Shown here piece after piece: positions 1 through 13,024 of a stretch of DNA of 64,000 bases. The position numbers and the translations under genes were made by a program. The notes under the pieces were generated by a model, which did no database searches, had not been told where the DNA came from, and was given only the letters and a program-made list of their open reading frames with translations. The DNA comes from Octopus vulgaris (Eukaryota), in NCBI GenBank assembly GCA_951406725.2, contig OX597826.1, positions 8,122,001 to 8,186,000 on the forward strand, read 5' to 3'. Each line of letters begins with the position of its first letter. Positions within the stretch are counted from its first letter, which is position 1.

Positions 1-184
1 ATAAGATAACCCCCCTGTATAATGCGCTACCATATATAAGACGCACCCCATGTATAGTACGCCGCCGTGTCTAAAACGATATCCACAGTGTAAAACGGAT
101 TTCGATTTAGGAGATTAAATTACGTGAGAATCTTAATATCATGTATAACCCACGGCTGCACCACAACTACAAAAGTATAAAATC

Positions 185-1022
185 TATTATTCTTTTATTC
201 GTTTACTTGTTTCGTGACTGCGGCCACACTGGGCCACCGTAGGGAAGAATACTTAGGCGCATAAATTCATCTCAGCACTTATTCTTTTTAGGCCTGATAC
301 TTATTCTATCGTTTCTTTTGCCAAACAGCTAAGTTACAGGGGTATAAACACACAAACACCGGTCGAGAAGCGGCGTGAAGAGGATACAAACTTAAACAAA
401 AGAAGCAATCACACACACATAGACAGAGAGATAACGGGCTTCTTTCAGTTTCCTATTTCTTTATTACCCACAAGGGGCTAAACATAGAGGGGACAAACAA
501 GGATAGACAAAAAGATTAAGTTGATTATATCGACCTCAGTGCGAAACTGGTACTTAATTTATCGACCCCGAAAGGATGAAAGGCAAAGTCGACCTCGGCA
601 GAATTTGAACTCAGAACGTAGCGGCAGACGAAATACCTGTTTCTTTATTACCCACAAGGGGCTAAACATAGAGGGGGCAAACAAGGACAGACAAACGAAT
701 TAAGTCGATTACATCGACCCCAGTGCGTAACTGGTACTTAATTTATCGACCCCGAAAGGATGAAAGGCAAAGTCGACCTCGGCGGAATTTGAACTCAGAA
801 CGTAACGGCAGACGGAATGCCGCTAAGCATTTCGCCCGGCGCGCTATGTTTCTGCCAGTTCGCCGCCTTCTTTCAGTTTCCGTTAAGCATATCTAACCGC
901 AAGACTTTGGTTAGCCCGAGGCTATACTAAGAGACATTTGCCCAAGGTGCAACGGTAGGACTGAAGCCGGAACTATGTAGTTGGCAAGCAAAATTCTTAC
1001 CACACAACCACGTCTGCGCCTA
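185..1022 (-). mobile_element. SINE family B copy (tRNA-like head, CCTTGGGCAAG CORE-like motif, internal microsatellite), split by a family A dimer
   Basis: Reverse-complement similarity to the intact copy at 57378-57775; interrupted at 454-867. Ends approximate. Confidence 0.7.
454..867 (-). mobile_element. SINE family A head-to-tail dimer (tRNA-derived head, Meta-domain-like centre, Tx1-LINE-like tail)
   Basis: Minus strand reads GGCGGCGAACTGGCAG...GAGTTCAAATTCC (B box)...GCCTTTCATCCTTTCGGGGTCGATAAATTAAGTACCAG...GGTAATAAAGAAATA; 14-bp TSD TTCTTTCAGTTTCC at 440-453 and 868-881. Confidence 0.9.
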
Positions 1023-1519
1023 TATTACTATTTGGCATTTCATTTTATTTAAAATAAATTGATAAATGATAAAAAAAAAATATATGGTAAACTAAAAAAG
1101 AAATCTCAAAGCTTCCTATCATTATTGAGTTGTTTCCTTACTGAAATCGGATGGGGAATGGGCGAAGAATCATTGCAATCTAATGCCATGTATTATACGA
1201 ACCATTAATTTTAATCCAGATTTCAAGTGGAAGAAAAATACGTAGTAGAAATAATACCTTCCCAAATGCTAGTTCTTTACAAATAAATAGTAAAATTTGA
1301 GGAAACTGGTGGTGATGGTGTCTGTCTGTAAAACTTCTATAATGAAGCTCATGAGTTTGATATCTTCAATTACTTTCGGGATTAGAAGATTTTAACGTTT
1401 CAGCAATATCTCTTCGTCTGAGTGTTTTTCATTTTTTTTTTTTTTTTTTTTCGGATTCAAAAAAAAACTAAGTCTTATTTTTCTACCATCACATCATACG
1501 AAGCTACGCAAACTAATAA

Positions 1520-2680
1520 CAACTTACTATTTAATGGGTATTACGTCCGTCTGTCTCTTCCCTCTTCACGGTCAAACGGCTGGACCAATGGTCGCGATGC
1601 TTTTCGGGATTACGAAGGAGGTAATCAGGAAGGCTTTTAGCGAAAAAAATGTGAAAAAGTATGAATATTTAGTGGATATTGAGGTTAATTGTTCAATTTA
1701 CTGGCGTAAAGAAGTAAATAAAAATTAAGGGGAAGATAACTTATAAAAGAAGCAAAGGGAAATAAGTCAACTTCTTATTATAATGGGCTTTATGTCTGTC
1801 CGTCTGTCCGTCTGTCTGTCTGTCTGTTCCCTTTTCACGGTCAAACGGCTGGACCAATAGTCACGATGTTTTTCGGGATTGTGAAGGAGGCAGTCAGGAA
1901 AAAGTGTGAAAATGTATGATTATTTTGTGGGTATTGAGTTTTGTATTAATAAATCACCGTTGACATTTTTGTCGGTATAGTTCGTGAATTTAGAGGGTTT
2001 AGATTTGCGATATTATTCCTTTATTTCCCTATTGTAGATGGGTAGATTCCTATATATCAGACACGCGCATTCACAGCAAGCAAGATACACGGCCAGATTT
2101 TAGACGTGTATTTTTACCCACTCCGATGTTTACACACGGCCAGTTATACGTCGCTATCAGTAGAGCAATGGACTCCCGTAATTTGAAAATTAGTGTCGTC
2201 CAAACGGAAAATATCGTCTACAAAGAAGTTTTGTAATCATATTGATATTATTGAAAGGAATATGATTCATAATTTAACTAAAGAAATTTGTGAACTTTGA
2301 ATGTATAAGAGTATGAACAAACGTAAAGTAGCGTAAACAACTACAATAAAGGTATATCTAAATAACATTTTTTGCTTAATACTTTTTATGTAGTGACCGA
2401 AGGAAGGTCTGACTTTCGTTAGGAGTGGTCCACATAGCCATTCAAGATACAGAGGCTGGGAGGCTATTTCAGTTCGGGAACGAATCATCATCACGTGACA
2501 CTTAGTCGCAAATAACATGTCGTATAGCTGCAATAGAATACTGTATCGCCAACAATATGATTTCTCTAAGGCATCAACAAGTAATCTATCAAGTCCATTT
2601 ACACATTTTTTAATACATACTGCTGTTATGACGTCCCACCCTCGTCTTATGCCTCCATAGTAGATGAGGAGATGTGCTAG
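1520..2680 (+). mobile_element. Degenerate Helitron (duplicated 5' region plus helicase C-terminus)
   Basis: Two copies (about 1520-1690 and 1770-1940) of a (GTCT)n...CACGGTCAAACGGCTGGACCAAT segment resembling Helitron 5' regions; helicase relic at 2068-2236; possible CTAG|T end at 2677-2681. Boundaries uncertain. Confidence 0.55.
2068..2236 (+). pseudogene. Helitron RepHel (PIF1-family helicase) C-terminal relic
   Basis: 2111-2236 translates to FLPTPMFTHGQLYVAISRAMDSRNLKISVVQTENIVYKEVL*, matching the Helitron motifs PxFxHGQLYVAxSR and TxNIVYKEVL; AFTASKIHGQIL (decayed TINKSQGQT motif) lies just upstream in another frame. Confidence 0.88.
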
Positions 2681-2957
2681 TATCTACAATGAAGTAAACG
2701 AACAAAGGCGGGTACCTGTACCTTAGTGTTTCCTAACACAGGGTAATTGCAGTTCAAACTAAACCTCACTTGTCTTTGAATATAATTATCAAGAGATTTA
2801 AATTAAGGTACTGAGCCGATCGGACATGCGACAAAATGAGTGAACTATTCACAAATGATTTGGAGATACTGTTCTGTATCATCACACAATATTTAGAGAA
2901 TAACAACCAATTATACCCCAACAACAAATTACATGCTGTCGTCTTTTAAAAGTCGAT

Positions 2958-3775
2958 GGCGCTGTGGTAACGAAACTATGTATTAATTGCTGCGCAATCA
3001 AGTGGTCCCGAGTTCGGTCACCTAGCGCATCACCTTAGGCATATGTCTTCTTTTCTACTCCAGGCACAACGCCCGAAATTTTTGGGTAGGGGGCCAGTCG
3101 ATTAAATCGACTCCAGTACGCAATTGGTTCTTAATTTATTGACCCCGAAAGGATGAAAGGGAAAGTCGACCTCGGCGGTATTTGAACTCAGAACGTAGCG
3201 GCAGACGAAATACCTATTTCTTTACTACCGACAAGAGGCTACACACAGAGAGGACAAACAAGTACAGACAAAGGGATTAAGTCGATTATATCGACTCCAG
3301 TGCGTAACTGGTACTTATTTAATCGACCCCGAAAGAATGAAAGAGAAAGTCGACCTCGGTGGAATTTGAACTCAGAACATAAATACCGCTAAGTATTTCC
3401 CCGTTGTGCTAACGTTTCTGCCAGCTCGCCGCCATTTAGGTACGTGTCTTCTTCCATAGCCTCGAACCAGTTATATGGTAGGCAGAAACTGTGTGAAAGC
3501 CCGCCGTATGTATGTACCTTTCAAACACTCCCTCTTTTTCACTCTCTCTTTCTAACTGTCTCTTCCCACTTTCTTTCTCGCTCTCTCCCTCTCTCTTTGT
3601 CCATCTATCACTTTCGGTCTCTCTCTCTCCCTCTCTCTCTCTCCCTCTAGATATACATGTGTATGTGACGGGAGTCTGTTTGTGTATGTATTTGTGTTTG
3701 TCTCTCCACCGCTTGGCATCCGATGATGTTTGCGTCTCTCCAAAAGATGTCAGTGGGATAATTACCAGACTTAAG
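2958..3775 (+). mobile_element. Diverged SINE family B copy with nested family A dimer
   Basis: Head at ~2958-3050, continuation at 3445-3510 and 3690-3775 similar to 57378-57775. Confidence 0.55.
3053..3433 (-). mobile_element. SINE family A dimer with alternative tail on the distal unit
   Basis: Two units with the central domain; distal unit ends in a CCAAAAATTTCGGGCGTTGTGCCTGGAGTAGAAA-type tail; diverged TSD TAGGCATATGTCTTCTT / TAGGTACGTGTCTTCTT. Confidence 0.85.
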
Positions 3776-3929
3776 AGAAAAAATCAAACAGACAGCATGT
3801 GCTGGAGTTACCGTGACATCAATTCGGCTCCCTTAACCCTGACCCAGCGGAGCATCTCTGTGACGGCCGGAGAGTCGACGGTTGAACAAGCACTCAGCTT
3901 GTACATGTTTAAGTTAAGCAAACCGTTTG

Positions 3930-4225
3930 ACGTCACCACAAGATCCAGTCCCTATTATGATGTGGTGGCTTGCATACCTCACTGATCGTGAGAGCTATGT
4001 CCGCGAGGCGCAAGGTCCTGATAGAACCTCCCATGCTGGACAAGTCGAATGACAAACGATAGAAGCCAGGCTAATATTGATCACCTCTACCTAGAAGTTA
4101 AACCGGGTTTGCGTGGAACCAATACTCCTACCAAGAAAAAAAGCAAGTTTACAGAAGGTCTTACTGCTCAAAGTCGGCAACAATGGAGAACAAGTACTCG
4201 ATGGCCTTTGCTCTATAGAGAACAA
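3930..4225 (+). mobile_element. Decayed RTE-derived non-autonomous element (5'UTR-like plus 3' end-like)
   Basis: GGTGGCTTGCATACCTCACTGATCGTGAGAGCTATGTCC...CCCATGCTGGACAAGTC resembles RTE-clade 5'UTRs and TGGCCTTTGCTCTATAGAG resembles an RTE 3' end; recognised from memory of the family only. Confidence 0.4.
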
Positions 4226-4726
4226 ATTGTTCAAGAAAACTGTATGAAAGCGTAATGAAGTTCCTGACTCAAGGACACAACACACCATCTGGCCGACAAT
4301 TGAACTGGGAACGTGATGATCATAATCCGATCATTTAAGTACAAGGTTACCTCCATTTTCGCTGAGGATGGGTAAACTATCTGAAAATAGAATTTGCGAT
4401 GAATGGTCATGGATGGATTTCTTTTCAACAGGGCCTATTTGTGGACTAAATATTAATAAAAATAGTTCAAGTGATCAGTTTATTAAAGGATAAATTTGTT
4501 TGGGTTTTTATCCTAGAGTAATAGATACCAAACGACTGGTGCCACTGAGCGCGGTTGTTTGAATGCTGACAATTTAGCACGGTGACTAGACATGCAGTCT
4601 ATTTTGGCGACAGTGCATTTTGGCATTGGAAGCAGATAAACACACACGCAACAGACACACACATATACCACACACACACACACACGCACACACACAAATG
4701 CACACATGCACGCACAGGAAGAGCGT

Positions 4727-4757
<31 letters not shown>

Positions 4758-4870
4758 GAGAGGGATGGTGAGAAAGAGACAATCATTAAAACGTTCGCTG
4801 CCAAATTAGGCGCCGTTGAATCAGCGGTGACAAAACGGCTAGGCCAAGTCGTCTCATACCCAGAAAACCA

Positions 4871-4883
4871 GTTGCTCGGCAAC
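4871..4883. promoter_or_regulatory. RFX X-box-like palindromic motif
   Basis: GTTGCTCGGCAAC fits the X-box pattern GTTGCY-N-GGCAAC inside a ~130-bp unique island between microsatellites. Confidence 0.3.
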
Positions 4884-4924
4884 CCATAAACCCGAATGGA
4901 AGCTAATCTAGGCAATATATATAT

Positions 4925-4985
<61 letters not shown>

Positions 4986-5530
4986 GAGGTAGATACATAC
5001 ATGCATACATACATACACATATGCATATACATTTATATACATATAGTAAATATATGTACGTTTACATGTATGCATGAATGTATGTATACCTACACATTGC
5101 AAACCTGTCTGTTACATACACAGAGTTGTGATTGCTTGTACCATTAACCTATACTATTCTGCAATTATCTATTTTACCGCTAGACAGATTTAAGAATTCC
5201 TGGACATGACGATGGTCTTAGAGCAGTAACGGTGGTGTGTGGTTGTAAACCTTGAAATCTTCAATTTGAGTAAGACCAAAAGCTCTGTTAAAATAGCCAG
5301 CTAAATATTTACACACGCTAAAAGGTTTCGATAATGATTTAACATCTCTGAAGATTAAAACTTAATTCCCCACCAAGCAATACTTTTATTCTCAATTAGT
5401 ACTTATTCACAGCTACTTATAAAACATTGCCAACATAGTCTCACACAAACACACACACCGAAATTGAAAAGAAAGAAAAACGAGGAAATATAAAAAAAAA
5501 CAAAGACACAAGGAAACGGAGAGAGAGGCG

Positions 5531-5561
<31 letters not shown>

Positions 5562-5787
5562 TGAGAGAGAGAGAGAGAGAGAGAGAAAGAAAGCGATAGA
5601 AGGCAAGAATGAGTAACAGAAAAATAGTGATGGACTTGGATATACACAGGGAAAGAGGTAAACAGACAGACAGACAGATAGACAGACGAACAGGAAGACA
5701 GATAGAGAAACAGGTAGATAAACAGACAGGTAGACAAACTGACAGACAGCAATAAACAATTAAGTGCAGATATGCATATAAATATAT

Positions 5788-5917
<130 letters not shown>

Positions 5918-5978
5918 GAATGTGTGTATCCATGTGTGTCTGTATCCGTGTGTGAATGACAAGGTGTGTCTGTGTGTA

Positions 5979-6182
5979 CATCGAAAGAGTATATTGTTGT
6001 TAAATGCTCGAAATACGAGAGTATTACACAGCCAACAAGTGATGAAGGGTCGTTCTTTATGTTGTTTGTCTTGTTTTCCATTTGTGTCTTTCGTTGTTCG
6101 AGAACATAGTTCATATTCCATGTACTCGTTCTTCGTAATATTTTGTTGTACACGTTTCATAACGTCCTGTGCCTACATATGC

Positions 6183-6184
<2 letters not shown>
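5979..6184 (+). mobile_element. Short non-coding repeat ending at (TA)n, Penelope pLTR-like
   Basis: 3' part (TTCATATTCCATGTA...ACGTCCTGT...) recurs at 56375-56490 (+) and partly at 33275-33330 (-); contains GCTCGAAA and GTGATGAAG; abuts (TA)n. Confidence 0.5.
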
Positions 6185-6273
<89 letters not shown>

Positions 6274-7116
6274 GTATATATATATATGATTATACACATA
6301 CATATAGAAAGATAGATAGATAGAAAGAGAATTAGAGGGAGCCAGACAGACTGGTAAACAGACACGTAGGCAGACAGACAGAGTGTGTGAGTGAAAGAGA
6401 TACTGAGGGGGAGAAAGTATCGTCTCTTACATGTTACTATTGTTTTTGTAACCCTAGGATTGAAGAAGCCCGTAGAATATCGAAAAGCGATGTAAGTGAC
6501 TAAGACTTGAGTCTTCATCTACTGAATCTGTCAGATCCGAGTTGCTAACTTCCATTTTACTTCTACGATATACAGTTCTAAAATTCTACTCATTGAGTTG
6601 ACGTAAGAAGCCATAAAACTTTGATTATTTAAACTTACTTCGGTAAAGAAGACAATATTTTAAAAGTTTTATCTAAATGACTAATTCTAACCGATATGAT
6701 GCCGAATGCTTAATGAATCTATATGTATAAAGATGTCTGTTTCTATCTAGCTTTGGTAACTCAAACAGACTAAAAAGTTAACAGTAATCGGGTTTGGTAG
6801 AGGTTGTGGCGGAAAAGTTGGCGATTATTTTGGATGTTGATAATGGTGAAGAGACAAATGTACGGTGAGAAAGAGAGAGAGAGAGAGAGAGAGAGGAAGA
6901 GAAATAGAGAGAGAAAGAGAAAGAGAGAGAGAGAGTGGGGAGACATCCGGGCAGAGATAAATAGACAAACAGACAGACAGTTAGACAGAGAAACAGAGAC
7001 AGAGACAGGGAAAGAATAGTGAAAGAAAAAAGAAGTGGAAATAGTGACATCTGTGTAGAGAAGAAAAGATAGAGAAATTAAGACAGAACTTTCTACGAAG
7101 TTAGAGTCTGGCTGAA

Positions 7117-7150
<34 letters not shown>

Positions 7151-7473
7151 TGAGTGAGAGTTTCAGTAAGCATGCAAGAGGAAGTGGTGAAAGTAATATG
7201 GAGATTTAAGTAAGAAGTGAGAAGGCAAAACGGAGGAACAGGAAAATGAGACGTGGCAAAGTTTGTGATGTATGGCGTCTTTCGTTGTTCTCCATTAACC
7301 CTCTCTCTATTTCTCTCTCTGCGTTTATTTGAAGTGTTATTGAGGTGCGTCTTAGAATTTAAAATAATTACTTTGGATTTTGGCACATGGTCAGTAATTC
7401 TGCAGATGGAAGTTAGCCGATACGAAAGTATTATTGTTCTACAAGAACTTTAGCTATACTAAAATATTCTGAA

Positions 7474-7871
7474 CTAGCAGTATCGCCCGGCGTTGCTCGG
7501 GTTTGTAAGGGAAATAACTATATGAGCATTTTTAGAGAGTTATAGCCAAAAGATAGCAAAAAAATGCATTAAAAATGGAAAAAAATGATGGTAAACTTTT
7601 TTTAAAATCGTTGACTCGTCGTAGACATTTTTAGAGAGTTACTTCCCTTATATAATAGAGAAAAAAATGCATTAAAATGGAAAAAAATGATGGTAAATTT
7701 TTTTTTAAATCGTATACTCATCGTAGACGCACGCTAATACCCAGAAGGGCTCGATATGAATCACGACTATAAGATACCCGGTTTTGGTTAAACTGCACCG
7801 CAATATGTAGGAGTAGTTAGGAATCTAAATCGTAGGAGACAGACACACAACTTGACTTTTATATATAAAGA
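7474..7871 (-). mobile_element. Complete non-autonomous Helitron (398 bp)
   Basis: Minus strand: A|TCTTTATATATAAAAG ... CCCGAGCAACGCCGGG (hairpin) CGATACTG CTAG|T; inserted between A and T without TSD; internal ~100-bp tandem duplication (about 7526-7728). Confidence 0.92.
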
Positions 7872-8254
7872 TATACCTATGTATCGAGAGGTAAAAGTTA
7901 TTACCACTTAAACGTGGATGCTTTCTTAGAATAAACTTTAGTGTGGGAGATGCCATGAGAGAAAAACCTCATAAAAGCCTTTGGTGCAAAATGCACGCTT
8001 GCTTACATCGCTAACGGGGCCTCAACCACTCCGGCGCAGTGAATACAAGATCACGTGATTTCTACCTTCCGTGCATAATTGTTCTTGGCGCTGGAGTCGG
8101 TGAGGATTTATTTCCCCGCTGGCGATGTAAACGAGCACGAATTTTGCACCAAAACTTTCTTAGTAATTGTAGCAATTATAAGTAAATGCGTAAAATTAAG
8201 TATGTTGTGTTTATATGTATATACACACACATACATACATACATACATACACAA

Positions 8255-8326
<72 letters not shown>

Positions 8327-8585
8327 GTATATATATATATATACATATATATATGTATATATGTATGTATATATATATATATATATAAAATATATACATA
8401 TCATATATATACATTAAAATATATACATATATATAATATACATATATTAAAATGGAGTAATTACTATGAATCATTGTGTAGAATATATTGTATAAAGGAT
8501 CGCGGGTAAGGCCAGAACAATGAGAAGTAAATGCAAGGCAGATCACAAGAAAAGAAATATATGAATTAATGTAGACTTACCTTGC

Positions 8586-8623
8586 TTTCAATATTTCGGG
8601 GCTATGACCCCATTTTCAAGAAA
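8586..8623 (-). ncRNA. Degenerate minimal hammerhead-like fold
   Basis: Minus strand UUUC-UUGAAAA-U-GGGG(UCAUAG)CCCC-GAA-AUAU-U-GAAA: stems I and II pair, stem III is palindromic, core is decayed. Confidence 0.4.
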
Positions 8624-9139
8624 TTATCGAATGTTGCCGATGTGCGTGAGCGTGTATGGAGTGAACTCAAAGACACACACACACACACACACACATACAT
8701 ACACACACGCAGATATACATAAGTGTGTACGTACCGAAATTTAGAAATAGCAGTTGAAATACTATTCTACTACAATTAGATACCCCCCCCAAGACAGCTA
8801 TACTCAACAACTCACGCAGGTAAAGAGACAAAAATAAAGAATCCACTCGACTCTGATTAACTGTATACGCGTTTCGGGGTTAGAGAGATGTAAAGAATGT
8901 AAAATCATATTTCTACTCACTCATTCCCTTCGTCAGTACAGTAATTTTGAGAGCACTGATAATTAACATGCGTATTCGACCAAGCATCAACAAATAGCAT
9001 ATATCCAAAGGCCAGTACTTCCGAATTCATAGAGACGAATGAGATCTCGTATTCCTCTTCAATCACCCACGTGTGCCAACGAGTAAAAATTCCGCAGAAA
9101 CTGCATATATATATATATTTCAATATGTGACTTCGTGAG

Positions 9140-9327
9140 TACCGCTGCCGATTTTTTTCCTCTGTCTTCCCTTCTCGGGATCTTTCCTTCTCCTATGTTT
9201 CCGACGAAGAACTCCGCTCGAAACGTTAAACCCTCCTTCCTCCCTTCTTTCCTGAGCGTCCAATAATACTTTATTTGTTCCACGTCCTCGCGTTGCTGTG
9301 TTCTTTTGTGTTTTCTTGTTTGGATTA

Positions 9328-9331
<4 letters not shown>
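9140..9331 (+). mobile_element. ~190-bp non-coding element with minimal type-I hammerhead-like fold, ending at (TA)n
   Basis: 9197-9231: GUUU-CCGACGA-A-GAAC(UCC)GCUC-GAA-ACGU-U-AAAC; overall layout (CCTGAGCGT...TAATAC...TTTGTT) parallels 55881-56067. Confidence 0.6.
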
Positions 9332-9425
<94 letters not shown>

Positions 9426-9426
9426 T

Positions 9427-9480
<54 letters not shown>

Positions 9481-9481
9481 A

Positions 9482-9600
<119 letters not shown>

Positions 9601-10322
9601 TGCTCCAACTGAATTCTTCCGCAGTCTTACACATTCTTATGCAACAGAGTCCCGAAATCTAATTCTGTCAATCGTTTCTCATGTGTCGTTGGAAAATTCG
9701 CGAGAGAAATATTTCATATATATCACGTCTACAAAACGGATACCATGTCGTAGCAGCCAGTGACAGAGGACGAAAGGCTTGTCATTCGATAACCTAACAT
9801 GTTGTGATACGTATTGTTCAAGATCTATACAAGAGAAGACGCATATTGAGATTAATGCATCCATCTTTGTATACATTTACGACATGCTTTTCTGCGAGAT
9901 TTCATGAATAAATGTATGTGCTTCAGCTTGTGATAATAACTTGTATGCGTGCGTTCGTAAGTATGTATGTATGTATGTATGTATGTATGTATATATGTAT
10001 ATATATATATATACATTTATATACATACAAATATATATCTATATATATATCTATGTATATATATGTATATATATATATATACATATATATATACACATAT
10101 GTATATATACATATATATATACCTATATATATATATATACATATATATATATGTGTGTATATATACATATATATGTATATATATATATATATCTGTACAT
10201 ATATACATATATATATGTGTGTGTACATGTATATGTATATATATACATATATACATATATGTATATATATACATATATATATACATTTATATACATTTAT
10301 ATATATATACATTTATATACAT

Positions 10323-10382
<60 letters not shown>

Positions 10383-10471
10383 GTATATATAGGTATATAT
10401 ATATATACATATATATACATATGCATATATACATATATATACATATATATATACTTATATATATGTGTATC

Positions 10472-10509
<38 letters not shown>

Positions 10510-10849
10510 TGTATGCATGTATGTATGTATGTATGCGCATGTACCTTTGTATGAATTTGACACACAAGATATAAGTATTTGGTTGCAACGGATCAATAGT
10601 TCATGGTTCTAGTAATGTATTGATAGGATATTGATCAAGCGTGTAAAGCCTTCCTTCAAAGCAAATATTTGATTGTTACCACAGCCGCATCGATATTCAA
10701 ATCGTATCAGACACAACTGGACTTCAATGTTCCGTCCAAGTTGATTGTTTAGCAAACAGTCTTGAAATATTCTTTAGTATGAAACATGTGTGTGTATGTG
10801 TGGTTTTATGCTTGTGTGTGTTTGTGTGTTTGTGTGTACATATACATGT

Positions 10850-11010
10850 GTAGGCATGGCTGTGTGGTAAGAAGCTTGCTTCCCAATCATATAGTTCCAT
10901 GTTCAATTCCACAGCGTGGCACCTTGGGCAAGTGTCTTCCACCATAACCTCGGCTCGAGCAAAGATTTATGAGTGGTTTTGGTCGACGGAAGCTGAAAGA
11001 AGCCCGTCGT
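10850..11010 (+). mobile_element. SINE family B, 5' half
   Basis: TGGCTGTGTGGTAAG...GTTCAATTCC...CCTTGGGCAAGTGTCTTC...GAAAGAAGCCCGTCG followed by (TA)n. Confidence 0.8.
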
Positions 11011-11012
11011 AT

Positions 11013-11069
<57 letters not shown>

Positions 11070-11936
11070 CATACTTACACGCGCGTACAAACATATACAC
11101 ATAGATGTATGTTGATGTTTGTTTTTATGTTAAGATGTAGGGGGAACAATTTACATTAAACGAAGGATTATTCACTACGTTTTGTAGTAAGAGTAGTACT
11201 GACAATAACTTCGAAGTTCCAGACTGCTAAGCCATGATTGAACTGTAGTACATTAAAAGTTCATACTGGCTTTATATAGCCTCTTTTAAGTTAAACATTT
11301 CATGGGTAGGTGGAGCTGTGTTGAATGATAATTAGTTTGAAAACTAGGATCTGATGGAAAATATTTATAGAAGACTTTTAGTGATGAAATTTGGAGTTGA
11401 GTTAATGTTCAAAATTCAGTTATTGCCTGTAGAACTTTCTAATCAGGTGTGCTCGTTTTGGTGCCTCATCTTCATTGCTTGGAGTTATTTTTTTAGGTTT
11501 CACTGCTTAGTTGTTCAGCAGATGTGTCATTAACCTTAGCTGTAGTTGTTTTTATCTGGAGACTAATGACCTTCGGTCATGTGGTTTTCAAGGTTTCACA
11601 AAAGAATACAAGTATGCGGAAAAAGTCAGTTGATTAGAAGCCTTCTTTACTTTTTTTTTGTGTTATTCAGATTTAACTAGTCTGTTTCGGGAAGCTGGAG
11701 GTTATAATATTAGCAAAGCTGAGACAGCAAATTTTCCTTTGTCCTATTCTGGAAATGGTGGATAGTCAAGGCCTTGCATGAAATTCCAAACCCTTGTGTC
11801 ATGCACTTTCTATTACAGACATAAGTCCCGGGGGTTTTGTGGGATTCAGTTGTTTGATTACATTGATCACAGTGTTCATTTTATCGATCTCGAAAGAATG
11901 GAAGGCAAAGTCGACTCGGTGGAAAATATGTATATG

Positions 11937-11992
<56 letters not shown>

Positions 11993-12002
11993 ATATTATA
12001 TA

Positions 12003-12108
12003 GAAGGAGCTTCTACAGGACTAGTACTGTTTCATTCAAGAGAAATCTTCAGGAGCTTCCTGAAGATTTCTCTTGAATGAAACAGTACTAGTCCGTAGAA
12101 GCTCCTTC
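12003..12108. repeat. Near-perfect 106-bp palindrome (52-bp arms) next to (TA)n, with hammerhead core CUGAAGA...GAAAC
   Basis: Arms 12003-12054 and 12058-12108 are reverse complements apart from one indel; 3-nt spacer GCT. Confidence 0.92.
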
Positions 12109-12183
12109 ATATAATAAATTAATTTTACTCTGCTATGTATTGAGTACCTTACTTACTGTGGTTAACCCCGAATCAACCCGGGA

Positions 12184-12233
<50 letters not shown>

Positions 12234-12386
12234 CATATATATATATATACATCCATCCATCCATCCATATATACATACATACATACATACATACATACGC
12301 ACAGACATACGCATGTATATATAACATACACAGGCATACACACACGCGCACACATCCTCACATACATGTGTGTGTGTATGTGTGTT

Positions 12387-12459
<73 letters not shown>

Positions 12460-12594
12460 AAAGGGAGAAAGTGAGAGAGAAGTATTTTGGAGATGAAATT
12501 TTATTATCGAAATAGTAAATGGCTCTCACTAACGAAACCGATTTGAAAATAAAACACAAATCTCTCAATCCAAAGCTAACAATCCATTTATAAC

Positions 12595-13024
12595 CGTTTC
12601 TACTCTAGGCACCAAACTCGAAATTTTAGGGCAGGAGGCTAGTCGATTGCATCGACCACAGTACGCATTTGGTACTTAATTTATCGACCCTGAAAGGATG
12701 AAAGGCAAAATCAACTTCGGCGGAATTTGAGCTCTGAACGTAAACACAGCCGAAACACCGCTAAGCATTTCGCCCGGTATACTAACGTTTCTTATTTCTT
12801 TATTGCCCGCAAGGAGCTAAACATAGAAGGGACAAACAAGGGTAGACAAAGGGATTAAGTCGATTACATCGACCCCAGTGCGTAACTGGTACTTTATTTA
12901 TCGATCCAGAAATGATGAAAGGCAATATTGACCGCGGCGGAATTTGAACTCAGAACGTAACGGCAGACTAAACACCGCTAAGCATTTCGCCCGGCGCGCT
13001 AACGTTTCTGACAGCTCGCCGCCT
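12595..13024 (-). mobile_element. SINE family A dimer (two different tails)
   Basis: Two units; TSD CAATCCATTTATAAC at 12580-12594 and 13030-13044. Confidence 0.85.

Noticed and set aside
521-703. Recurrent peptide RNWYLIYRPRKDERQSRP (also 22029, 43270, 54162)
   Set aside because: Antisense translation of SINE family A, not a gene family.
454-867. Repeated units that might suggest a CRISPR-like array
   Set aside because: Units are ~185-230-bp SINE copies without unique spacers; eukaryotic context, no cas genes.
1230-1320. KFEETG-like mariner N-terminal relic, and TATAAGACGCACC repeats at 1-70
   Set aside because: Fragments too short to call with confidence.
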